From a virus: 64,000 nucleotides of DNA. The translations under genes and the position numbers were made by a program. The stretch is taken from the IMG/VR virus record IMGVR_UViG_3300012001_000010, positions 6,356 through 70,355 of that record; one strand, given 5' to 3'. Below are positions 48,896 to 57,205 of this stretch, piece by piece; position 1 is the stretch's first letter, and each line of letters opens with the position of its first letter. The notes beneath the pieces are model-generated. The model searched no databases. It was not told the DNA's origin and was given only the letters and a program-made list of their open reading frames with translations.

Positions 48896-49813
48896 TCACG
48901 TATGGATGCTCCAGGTAATATTACCAACCTCTTCCGGGGTGGCATCCCTCTCTTTCTTCTCGGTATAGTCCCACGTCTTGAACTGGTACGAGCCGTCGAG
49001 GGCTATGGTCGGGGTGGGGCCATGTTGGATCAGTCCACCGTTTATCCCTCGCTTCTTCGACCCATCCTCCATGAATATGACCGTGTTCCATGCGAAGCTG
49101 AACTTATCCTCCTTGAACAGCCTCGTCTGGCTCGGCCTTGACCCGCAGAATCCCTGGCTTATATGAGCGATGTTCTGCTCGAAGCGGACGCGGCAATTAT
49201 CCCGATCCGTGACGATCCTCCTGTCGAACATCTCATCAAGGAAGCTCGCGAGTTTTCGACAACGACTGATCTGATCCTTCGTGTCCTCGTCGTAGACGAG
49301 TCCTGTGAAGTCGCAATCACGGCACACAAGCTCGCCATTGACCATGCAGGCCGACTTGTCGGATCGCCGACCGTAGTCATCCTTGTAGAGCCATTTCCCG
49401 CACTTCGAGCATTCATAAGCGGACACATCCTCGCCGGGAGCGTCCTTGTCGCCATCGACGACCGTGTATAGCCACATATCCTCGCGGTCGTCGAAGTACG
49501 TATCGAGGCTGTGATCCCTGTATAGACCCGCATTATAATGGTGGCCGAACATCTCGACCTCGACCGAATCCATTGACCCAATGCGGACGACGGGGCCGAA
49601 GATCATGCCGCTCGGATTCTTCGTGGTCTCCTGAGCCTCGTACTTCTCCATCCTCACGAACAAGGGGACCGTCGTGTCATTGACGAACTTCGGCCAGTCG
49701 ACGTTATCATCGTAACCCGATTTAGCTCGAAGGATTCCGTTGAGTCTCGCCTCGGTTCGGAACCAAGTGCCGTCGATGGGGGCACGCCGCCTCGGGATGT
49801 GTCGCAATGCCAT
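48896..49813 (-). CDS. Zn-finger protein with DUF4120-like C-terminus
   Basis: CSKC...CRDC; INGGLIQHG...WSIHT; AGGAG RBS at the 49813 ATG. Confidence 0.65.
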   Translation of the reverse strand: MALRHIPRRRAPIDGTWFRTEARLNGILRAKSGYDDNVDWPKFVNDTTVPLFVRMEKYEAQETTKNPSGMIFGPVVRIGSMDSVEVEMFGHHYNAGLYRDHSLDTYFDDREDMWLYTVVDGDKDAPGEDVSAYECSKCGKWLYKDDYGRRSDKSACMVNGELVCRDCDFTGLVYDEDTKDQISRCRKLASFLDEMFDRRIVTDRDNCRVRFEQNIAHISQGFCGSRPSQTRLFKEDKFSFAWNTVIFMEDGSKKRGINGGLIQHGPTPTIALDGSYQFKTWDYTEKKERDATPEEVGNITWSIHT

Positions 49814-49837
49814 TCGATCTCTCCTGAAAGGTGGCCC

Positions 49838-49870
49838 AAAAGGCAAAGCTCATTATGACCTTTGCCTTTT
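49838..49870 (+). repeat. 33-bp palindromic repeat, copy 7
   Basis: Exact consensus. Confidence 0.95.
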
Positions 49871-49874
49871 TGTG

Positions 49875-50141
49875 TCAGATGTAGCGGACGCCGCTACGCC
49901 AATCAGCCTGTACCGTCTCGTGTTCGGCCTTGGTTAGGCTCATGATTATTTTTATGACGCGATTCGGATAAAACATAGGCGGTTTCGGGATTCCCCTTGC
50001 TTCATCGGCGAGGATCGCGAGCTTGCGGCCGATTTGACTCACAGAGTCCAACTTGGCGGCTTCCTTAGTGGAGCCTTGTCCGACGAATCCTTCGACTTCG
50101 CCGTTTTCGTGTCGGTACACGGTTCGATACTCGTATAGCAT
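49875..50141 (-). CDS. Hypothetical protein
   Basis: MLYEYRTVY start directly after the upstream stop codon. Confidence 0.5.
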   Translation of the reverse strand: MLYEYRTVYRHENGEVEGFVGQGSTKEAAKLDSVSQIGRKLAILADEARGIPKPPMFYPNRVIKIIMSLTKAEHETVQADWRSGVRYI

Positions 50142-50142
50142 T

Positions 50143-50889
50143 TTAGTTCCCGATAGCCTTTCGGCCGTTGACCTTGCCGCCGATGGCACGATTGAGATTG
50201 AGCGACTTGCCCGCTTCATATCCCGCCCGGAGTGTATTCTTGTCTCCTTCCAGTTTAGAGAAGTGAGCTTTGCTCGCGGTTCGACTCGGATGCTTCTCGT
50301 GGAAAGCGATCTCGGTTTCCTTGTTGACGTTGACAAGGGCCAGTGCGGTGCCGCCGCTCGAACCACTCGCAATGTCCCGCTCGATCTCGATAACCTCACG
50401 CTCGTCGCGGAGCTTCTCGGTGAATCCTTTAGCGAGACCGGCGACGTAAAGCCGACGTTCCGAGGCAGGTTGACCGTTGATGATCTTGTAGTTCGTCCAG
50501 AGCCGATCGAATGCCGCATGGAGTGCGTTCCATGTCCACTTGGCGACCTGGACATTGGAGTCCTTTCCGAAGAACACGAGAGTCTTCGGCCCTGCTATAG
50601 TCGATTTTGTGAATACGCCCTCAATGAAGAAGAATTCCTTGACGATCCCGTAGACGAGATTGTTCTCCAGCGACCATTTGCCCGTCTCGAAGACGTTCTG
50701 CTCATCCCAGTCATCGCCGCCGCTGGCCGACTTAACCTCATCTATGCTCAGGTTGTGTTCAGCCATCATGCGGGACGCCATCGCGAAAGCCGTCTCGGCC
50801 TCGGATGACGTGCAGTTGTTGCGCTCAGTCCTCTCAAGAATCTTGCGGACCTTCTCGATCACGTCTGCCTTGGGTCGTTCGTCGTTCAC
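50143..50889 (-). CDS. DUF2786-domain protein
   Basis: VIEKVRKIL...EAETAFAMASRMMAEHNLS; AGYEAGKSLNL end. Confidence 0.8.
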   Translation of the reverse strand: MNDERPKADVIEKVRKILERTERNNCTSSEAETAFAMASRMMAEHNLSIDEVKSASGGDDWDEQNVFETGKWSLENNLVYGIVKEFFFIEGVFTKSTIAGPKTLVFFGKDSNVQVAKWTWNALHAAFDRLWTNYKIINGQPASERRLYVAGLAKGFTEKLRDEREVIEIERDIASGSSGGTALALVNVNKETEIAFHEKHPSRTASKAHFSKLEGDKNTLRAGYEAGKSLNLNRAIGGKVNGRKAIGN

Positions 50890-50903
50890 ACAGTTCTCCT
50901 TTC

Positions 50904-50953
50904 GGCCTCATCAGGTATGGATTCACCACACAAGCCCCGAAGGGCTTTCGGCC
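50904..50953 (-). ncRNA. Hammerhead ribozyme type II (HH1)
   Basis: GGCC GAAA GCCC-UUCG-GGGC UU^ GUGUGG-UGAAU-CCAUAC CUGAUGA GGCC. Confidence 0.88.
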
Positions 50954-50959
50954 TTGGAT

Positions 50960-51556
50960 TTAAGCGCTTCTAAGGCGGCAGTAAAAGACGCTGTAGAAAT
51001 CCCCACTTTGGCCTCGCATCGGGTTTGAGGTTCGGATTCGCCATCGCGATCCATCCGCCGAAGTATAGTCGTCCGTGTGGATATCCTTCGCCATAGTGTC
51101 ATCGGGTGTATATTGAACGAATTTAGGCGTGGCCGTATACTCTTCCCCCGTGACCGAGAAGGTTTCGTAAGGCTGAAATGTATCCCTGATATCAACGGGA
51201 AGTTGCGACTCTGGGATATCGGAATCCACCCTTAAGTCTGGCATCTCGGCCCCGATCGTCGGCTTATTGACTCCGACGATCGACTTGTCATCCGTCTTGA
51301 TCGTCACGGATTGCTGGAGCTTCACCATGTCGTCGCATGCGTCGATCAAGTTGCGAGCCAACGCAGACAGCATTGTGATACCGCCGAACACGCGAAGCTC
51401 CCTAATCTTAGGCGTACTGTCTACCCCTCCTTTGTTGTCAGGAAAATAGTGACGCTCGGCGACGATGATGACCATTTCGCAAGTCGCTTCCAACCTGGTT
51501 GGATCATCTTGCGGCATGAGGAAGAGGTTCCTCGCGGAACCGATAACCTGTAACAT
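50960..51556 (-). CDS. Hypothetical protein
   Basis: GGGAGA RBS downstream of HH2; MLQVIGSARN start. Confidence 0.6.
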   Translation of the reverse strand: MLQVIGSARNLFLMPQDDPTRLEATCEMVIIVAERHYFPDNKGGVDSTPKIRELRVFGGITMLSALARNLIDACDDMVKLQQSVTIKTDDKSIVGVNKPTIGAEMPDLRVDSDIPESQLPVDIRDTFQPYETFSVTGEEYTATPKFVQYTPDDTMAKDIHTDDYTSADGSRWRIRTSNPMRGQSGDFYSVFYCRLRSA

Positions 51557-51577
51557 TCTTCTATCTCCCGTAATATT

Positions 51578-51629
51578 GGCCTCATCAACATGGTATACAA
51601 CCACGTACCTGCTTACAACAGGTTTCGGC
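51578..51629 (-). ncRNA. Hammerhead ribozyme type II with U3 core variant (HH2)
   Basis: GCC GAAA CCUGU-UGUAA-GCAGG UA^ CGUGGU-UGUAU-ACCAUG UUGAUGA GGC. Confidence 0.75.
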
Positions 51630-51635
51630 TTTATG

Positions 51636-51785
51636 TCACATCCAGCCTCGAAACCTGTTGTAAGCAGGTACACACTCTGGATTACGCTTCGCCTCACGCC
51701 GCTCCCGGCGTGCCTTCAATTTCTTATGGAAACCACGGCAACGCAGATTGAATCCTTGGCAATCAGCTTTGACACATAGCGACAT
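51636..51785 (-). CDS. 49-aa basic Cys-containing peptide (below the ORF-track cutoff)
   Basis: GAGGA RBS; MSLCVKADCQGFNLRCRGFHKKLKARRERREAKRNPECVPAYNRFRGWM. Confidence 0.45.
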   Translation of the reverse strand: MSLCVKADCQGFNLRCRGFHKKLKARRERREAKRNPECVPAYNRFRGWM

Positions 51786-51844
51786 GGGCTTATCCTCGTG
51801 TCCCGGTTTAGTGTGGGTGTGCGTGTGCGTGTGAACCGACAGTC

Positions 51845-52102
51845 TTAGCGGTTGGGCGACAATTCAGTGACGCTCGCGAGTTGCCGGAACGAATGAGGGG
51901 TTGCGAGTCCTTCATCGGGAGTCTCAGTGACGTACTTCGCGAGCATCTTTGTCCGTGCCCTCATGAGCGCCTGTTCGCGGCCTTCGCATCCGACCTCGAT
52001 CACACTGATTCCTTTGAACGTGACCCGATAGCGGACGATCCGGGCCTTGACGCGGCGGGCATTCTCCATCGAACCGAGATAGCGTTCCATCATTGCGCCC
52101 AT
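51845..52102 (-). CDS. Hypothetical protein
   Basis: AGGAG RBS directly after HH3. Confidence 0.6.
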   Translation of the reverse strand: MGAMMERYLGSMENARRVKARIVRYRVTFKGISVIEVGCEGREQALMRARTKMLAKYVTETPDEGLATPHSFRQLASVTELSPNR

Positions 52103-52122
52103 CGTTGTAGCTCCTGGTTTGT

Positions 52123-52174
52123 GGCCTCATCAGGCACCGACCTACGGTGCGACCCCTTCCTTGGGGTTTCGGCC
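52123..52174 (-). ncRNA. Hammerhead ribozyme type II (HH3)
   Basis: GGCC GAAA CCCC-AAGGAA-GGGG UC^ GCACCG-UAGGU-CGGUGC CUGAUGA GGCC. Confidence 0.93.
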
Positions 52175-52483
52175 TTAGTCGATCCGGTTGTTTAGCGAGT
52201 GCTGCTCGGCCAGATTCATCGCCGCCGCGATCTTGTCCGCTGTATTCTTTGAGACGACGCGAACAAAGACGGTCTTCCTGTTTCCTGTTTTTCCGGTTGC
52301 CTTCATAGTGTTGACAGCGACTTCGACGACCGCGAAATTAAGGTCCGGCCTAGGGGTAGTCCCGCTGGTCGTTCTCAGCTTAACTAGCGTGACTCCGATT
52401 GAGTCGTCTTTCCTCCCGTCAATAACTTCGTAACGTCGCGCTGTCGTAAAAGGAACGGTTTCGTGATTCTTCTTGGCGTCCAT
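52175..52483 (-). CDS. Hypothetical protein
   Basis: MDAKKNHET start, bracketed by HH4 and HH3. Confidence 0.6.
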   Translation of the reverse strand: MDAKKNHETVPFTTARRYEVIDGRKDDSIGVTLVKLRTTSGTTPRPDLNFAVVEVAVNTMKATGKTGNRKTVFVRVVSKNTADKIAAAMNLAEQHSLNNRID

Positions 52484-52511
52484 AAAAATCTTCCGTAGTA
52501 AGAGTTGATAT

Positions 52512-52563
52512 GGCCTCATCAGTGTGGGAGAAACCCACATACCCCTTCCTTGGGGTTTCGGCC
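52512..52563 (-). ncRNA. Hammerhead ribozyme type II (HH4)
   Basis: GGCC GAAA CCCC-AAGGAA-GGGG UA^ UGUGGG-UUUCU-CCCACA CUGAUGA GGCC. Confidence 0.93.
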
Positions 52564-52569
52564 TTGATT

Positions 52570-52821
52570 TTATCCGAGCATATCGTCCTCGTCGTCCTCG
52601 TCATCCTCGGCCGCGATGATCTCTTCGAGTCGATGAATGATCTTCGACATTGATTTCTCGTATCCAGCCTTGATGATCTCATCAAGCTTCTCTCTTGCTT
52701 CGTCGTAGTCGGAGTCGACCGTATCCCAATCGACGACTATAAACTCGGGGTCGCATCCAAACCCAGTCGTCTCGGTGACGACTCCTCCCTCGACCTCAAC
52801 AACGATGTATTGCTTTGCCAC
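52570..52821 (-). CDS. Small highly acidic protein
   Basis: IVVEVEGGVV...VVDWD; EDDEDDEDD tail. Confidence 0.65.
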   Translation of the reverse strand: MAKQYIVVEVEGGVVTETTGFGCDPEFIVVDWDTVDSDYDEAREKLDEIIKAGYEKSMSKIIHRLEEIIAAEDDEDDEDDMLG

Positions 52822-52867
52822 GATATTGAATCCCCTGTAGTGTTTCCACGTTTCGATAAAGGTACTC

Positions 52868-53140
52868 TTAGATCACGATTCCGAACCTTGCGCGGTGTTT
52901 CAATTCCTCGAACTTGGAGCAGAGTGCGTTGACCAGTACCCGGCACTTAAGCCAGAGCACTCCCGTATTCTCCTCTCCAGTGATAAGAGTCGATTCGCTG
53001 TAATTATGTTCGCCGTCTTGATGCTTGATCGTGACCCAGACTCCCGCGTCCGTGTAGTGGCAATCCATCTCCGGGCGATCAAGCATCGTGTTGATCGCGG
53101 AGATAGCGCGGGAGGCCGCAAGTTCCTGATTGGCTTTCAT
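52868..53140 (-). CDS. Hypothetical protein
   Basis: AGGAG RBS; 90 aa. Confidence 0.55.
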   Translation of the reverse strand: MKANQELAASRAISAINTMLDRPEMDCHYTDAGVWVTIKHQDGEHNYSESTLITGEENTGVLWLKCRVLVNALCSKFEELKHRARFGIVI

Positions 53141-53173
53141 TCCTTGGACTCCTGTTTGTGAGGATAGAGTAGG

Positions 53174-53476
53174 TCACGTAAAGAAGCTCTCTACGTCCTT
53201 GCGGTTAAAATCGTGGATATCAATCCATTTAACCGTTTGACGATGCTCGATAAACGATTCAACGAGCGATGAGCAATCATTGATAATTTCGTCTTGACTT
53301 AGATTCAAGGCGAACGCCGATTCAACGGAAAACTCCCTTTGGTGTCCATCGTGAATCTCGGCATGGATAATCCTGACGATGACACTTCCGTTTCGTTTAA
53401 AAGTGTAAACGAAAGGATTGCCAATCTTTGACTTGACGAACTCGATCGCTAAACGAGAGATGTCGTGTTCTGTCAT
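53174..53476 (-). CDS. Hypothetical protein (AT-rich)
   Basis: MTEHDIS start after AGGA. Confidence 0.5.
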   Translation of the reverse strand: MTEHDISRLAIEFVKSKIGNPFVYTFKRNGSVIVRIIHAEIHDGHQREFSVESAFALNLSQDEIINDCSSLVESFIEHRQTVKWIDIHDFNRKDVESFFT

Positions 53477-53478
53477 TG

Positions 53479-53682
53479 CTAGTCCTGCTCCGTTAGAGAG
53501 AACTCCTCGCAAATTTGATCCGCGATGGCGATAGCCAACGCACTCTCGATTGTGATTTTCAGCCGATCCCCGATCTCCTTGATCCTCTCTGGGTAACGCT
53601 TGGCGTACCACATGTGGTCTTGCGCGATCCTCGCGATCCTTTCGTAATAAGGAGGGAGATTCCGCTTCATTTTATCGCTCAT
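53479..53682 (-). CDS. Hypothetical protein
   Basis: 67-aa ORF in the early operon. Confidence 0.5.
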   Translation of the reverse strand: MSDKMKRNLPPYYERIARIAQDHMWYAKRYPERIKEIGDRLKITIESALAIAIADQICEEFSLTEQD

Positions 53683-53715
53683 GATTTTCCCTGCGATGAT
53701 TCCTTTGTAAGACCA

Positions 53716-53862
53716 CTACTTGCTTTCGAGGAGTGACACTTTGGCCCAAGGGAGTTTGGCCTTGATCTGGTCGATACAGGCATGAGCGAGTTCCGAGGTC
53801 TTGAACGCCCCGGCGTCCATCCATGTCTTTGTGGACGGGTTGAACAGTATGACGTAGAACAT
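53716..53862 (-). CDS. Small hypothetical protein
   Basis: AGGGAG RBS; MFYVILFNP start. Confidence 0.5.
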   Translation of the reverse strand: MFYVILFNPSTKTWMDAGAFKTSELAHACIDQIKAKLPWAKVSLLESK

Positions 53863-53914
53863 GGGCTTCTCCCTTGGATTCGGCGTGATAGTGAGTGGTG
53901 GATGCAGATGTAGG

Positions 53915-54328
53915 TCAGGATTTCCGACCTGCAACTAAAACGGTCTCGACCTTGGGCGGGACACGACGCCCCGGCTTCACTTCATCCCACGGATCAAATG
54001 GTTTCCGCTCGCGTTCGATCGGGAACATCCGATCCCCTGTCTCACGGATGACATGGACGAGACGATCCGATTTCTTGGTCAAGAGGACTGGAAGCCACTT
54101 AACCGCTCCGATTCCGGGGATGATCGAGAAGATAGCTACTTCGCTGAATCGCCCAGTCTCTCGGATCGCCAATTCGATTCCGGCGGGGTTTCCGTCCCGC
54201 GTTGCCTTCGAGTAAGCCTTGAGGAATGATCGGCAATTCGCCGATTCCGTTTTGTCAGCGCATCCAAGGCGGCTTTCGATATATTCCTTGAGCAGAGCCG
54301 TCCGCTGCTGATCCGGCTTGAGGATCAT
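53915..54328 (-). CDS. Hypothetical protein
   Basis: MILKPDQQ start inferred. Confidence 0.45.
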   Translation of the reverse strand: MILKPDQQRTALLKEYIESRLGCADKTESANCRSFLKAYSKATRDGNPAGIELAIRETGRFSEVAIFSIIPGIGAVKWLPVLLTKKSDRLVHVIRETGDRMFPIERERKPFDPWDEVKPGRRVPPKVETVLVAGRKS

Positions 54329-54457
54329 GATCCGTCTAGGACGTGCGGGAGGATCATTGCGTGTCGTTGCCGTAAAAATCCCCGTTCGATCCCGTATAGG
54401 CCCAAGGATCGGGCGGGGATTGCATGCAGTCATGCAGGCTCATTTCGAGTAGGCATG

Positions 54458-54492
54458 AAAAATCAACCCCCTAGGCATTACCTAGGAGGTTG
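54458..54492 (-). terminator. Intrinsic terminator
   Basis: CAACCUCCUAGG/CCUAGGGGGUUG stem followed by AUUUUU on the minus strand. Confidence 0.6.
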
Positions 54493-54618
54493 TCTTATCT
54501 TCCGATTCCATTTCGTTCCCGTTTGGTTGTTTCTAGGGGACGCATCCCCCAGGCCACCCGTTCGCGGTCCTTCCACCCGTTTCGTTTATGTCCGGGTGGA
54601 AGGCTTGCGAACGGGGGA

Positions 54619-55635
54619 TTAACCCGCTTTGGTCGTGATGAGAGCGTTGTCGATGACCTTGAGCATCTGATCCAGCGTGTCGCGAAGGACACGCATTTCG
54701 GAGACCTTGCCCGCTGCTTGCAGACCTTGTGCGAGCATGCGAACGTCGTTCTTGGTGCAATTCTCGATGTCGAAACCGCCGACGACGGGCATCTCAAGGT
54801 TGTGGAGCTTGAGAACCTTGGCGGCAATCTCGGCCACATCGGCGGGAGTTGCATGATCCGTGTCGAGCGCTTTGGAAATGGCGTCCGAAATCTTCGACTG
54901 GGCAGCTTCCTTGTCGGCGCGGAGCTTCCGATCCGCGACCTTAGCCGCAGCGGCGCTGATCTCTTCCGGGGTCTTAGCCTTGCCGCGAGATTCCTTCTCG
55001 GCCGCGATCTTAGCCTTCTCGGCGTCGATAGCGTCATTGAGTTCCGCGATCGACAAGGGGAACTTGCTCAACTGGCGATCGACGTAGCATGCCGCGAAAC
55101 CGATCCAGCCCTTGCGGATTTCTCCGGTAAGGGCTTCGGGATCGAATTCGAGCATTGGCAGGAAGTTGTGGTAAACCTGCCCGTAAGGCATGTCGTCCAC
55201 ATTCGCGACCATCGGCCGGACGGCTTCGATGAACAAGTGCATGCGAATATACTTGTCGAACTCAACCGTCTTGATGGCGATCCGGCTCTTGACGAGCAAC
55301 TCGCAGTCGTCGCAGACTTTCTTCAAGTCCTTGACGCCGTTCCACGATCCAGCCTTGAGACTCGCCTTGCGGCGATTCGCCAGCTTAAGCGCGTGCTTGC
55401 CGAGCTTCGCGTACTTCTTGAGCTTGTCCTTCGGGTCAAGGGTATCGGCCGCGAGGGTGACGAGTTGCTCTTCATCCTTGCCGTAGCCGATCTGCTCGGC
55501 CACGAACTTCGGATCGGGCTTCAACGAATCCTCTTCGACGGGGGGGAGACCCTTGGCGTCGTCGTCCATCAATTCGGCCTCGATAACCGTGGACCCGCCG
55601 ACGTACTTGACAAGTTCCGTGCTGTTGGTGAACAT
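54619..55635 (-). CDS. First gene of the leftward early block, helical Lys/Ala-rich protein
   Basis: 338 aa from MFTNSTEL; strong codon bias. Confidence 0.65.
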   Translation of the reverse strand: MFTNSTELVKYVGGSTVIEAELMDDDAKGLPPVEEDSLKPDPKFVAEQIGYGKDEEQLVTLAADTLDPKDKLKKYAKLGKHALKLANRRKASLKAGSWNGVKDLKKVCDDCELLVKSRIAIKTVEFDKYIRMHLFIEAVRPMVANVDDMPYGQVYHNFLPMLEFDPEALTGEIRKGWIGFAACYVDRQLSKFPLSIAELNDAIDAEKAKIAAEKESRGKAKTPEEISAAAAKVADRKLRADKEAAQSKISDAISKALDTDHATPADVAEIAAKVLKLHNLEMPVVGGFDIENCTKNDVRMLAQGLQAAGKVSEMRVLRDTLDQMLKVIDNALITTKAG

Positions 55636-55641
55636 GGTACT

Positions 55642-56450
55642 GGCGTTCCGTTCTCTTGACGGAATGCCGCCGGAGTGGGGGATGCTTGTCGCATCCCTCA
55701 CTCCACTTGCTTTCCCGGATATGACATACCCGATCAAAGCTTGCGGCAAGTGGATCATCGGAGAGTTGCACTCCGATATCGACTTCGCCTCTGCATCACG
55801 ACCAAACTAGTCCAGCGTTGTCACGATCGGCACAATGCCGACACGCTTGGCTAGCTTGGATATGTTGCAACGAACATTAGGCCACGACCGCCCTTTGCAG
55901 GCGACTAAGGAGAGAATTACACTCTCCATTCCGTTTTATGTTACGGTCGTTTAGAACTGGCCTAACTATGTCACAATGGAAACCGGCATGCCGGAACACC
56001 ATTGCATTATCCAAATGCTGACGAATCGTTTCGGCGAGTTACAGTAACGAGTTACGTCGTTACGTGAGGGAGTTTCGCCCTCTTTGACTTGCCTACCCTG
56101 CGATTGTCGCGAACCATTTCAGGCTCTAGCTTTGTTCCTAGTCATTCCATCGCGAGTGTACAGGTACACAAACGCGAATCAGACTCCATGAACATTTGGA
56201 CTACGTTTTTTCTTCCCGATCCGAGCAAGGCGGTTTGTTTCGTGTCTCGTTTCCTTCCCAGTGTAGGGGATGAATCCCCTAGGCCATTTCAGTCCGCACC
56301 ACGATCCGTACCGCTTTAGGCGGGTTTTCGTGGGCGGGTTAAACTCGGCCACTAAAAGTTAGTGGCACTACCCTAGGCACACTGGCCATTGTGGGCTTGC
56401 GTCCGGCGGGTCTCATTAGGCCCGTCTGACACTCCAAATCTAGGCCCCAC
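55642..56450 (+). ncRNA. Candidate large structured non-coding RNA (or ssDNA structure)
   Basis: Dense nested inverted repeats, no credible ORF, G-U wobbles mostly on the plus strand. Confidence 0.5.
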
Positions 56451-57205
56451 AAACCAAACGTCAAATCAAAATGGCAAACCGCTTGAAACGTGTTTATAAA
56501 AAGCAACGCTTACAAGTGTGGATACTATAACGGCGCACGCGCACGCCTATGTACGCGCAGGCGCACGAGATTTTGCCCCAAAAACCAAGTGTCCAAATCT
56601 CGCGCATGCGCCTGTTTCATTACTGGAAAAAATCAACACCTGCCTGCCTGCCTGCATAGGCACGCGAATAACGGGCGCGTTAGTAACTAAGGCGTGCATA
56701 CGCGGAGAACTAAACGCGTGTAAGGGGCCTAGGGCTTGCTCTAGGGCATGGTAAGGCTAAATTTTGCGGCGAGCCTACGGCGTTTAGGGTACAGGTGGAC
56801 ACTAGGGGACAAGCGGATAGTTAACCCTCGGGCGTAGGCGTATACGCGCACGCACGCGGGATGCTTAGTGGGCAATCGTATAGTAGGTGCAGTTAGTTAG
56901 TGGGCAAATGCTAAGTTAGTGGGTTTAAGTATAGGTAATTTAAGAGGGTAGTGTTCGTAAGAGCAGTTAAAATTAAGAGGATTCAAGCAATGAATATATC
57001 GGCAAATGCTTATCTGTCAGTGAGAGGCACCATAATGAGTACCCTAACCCTATACCCTGCCAGGGGTTATGGCGACACCCGCCGAGTCCCCCCAATTCAA
57101 AAACTTCGCGGGCTAACCTTCACAGCCTGGAATTTTTTAACCCTGGGGTAATTTGCCCCTATCCGCCCCTTCCTTATATATAGGGACCATGTAGGCACCT
57201 AAGCT

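Noticed and set aside
55642-56450. Group II or group I intron
   Set aside because: No domain V/VI consensus, no interrupted gene and no RT/maturase ORF
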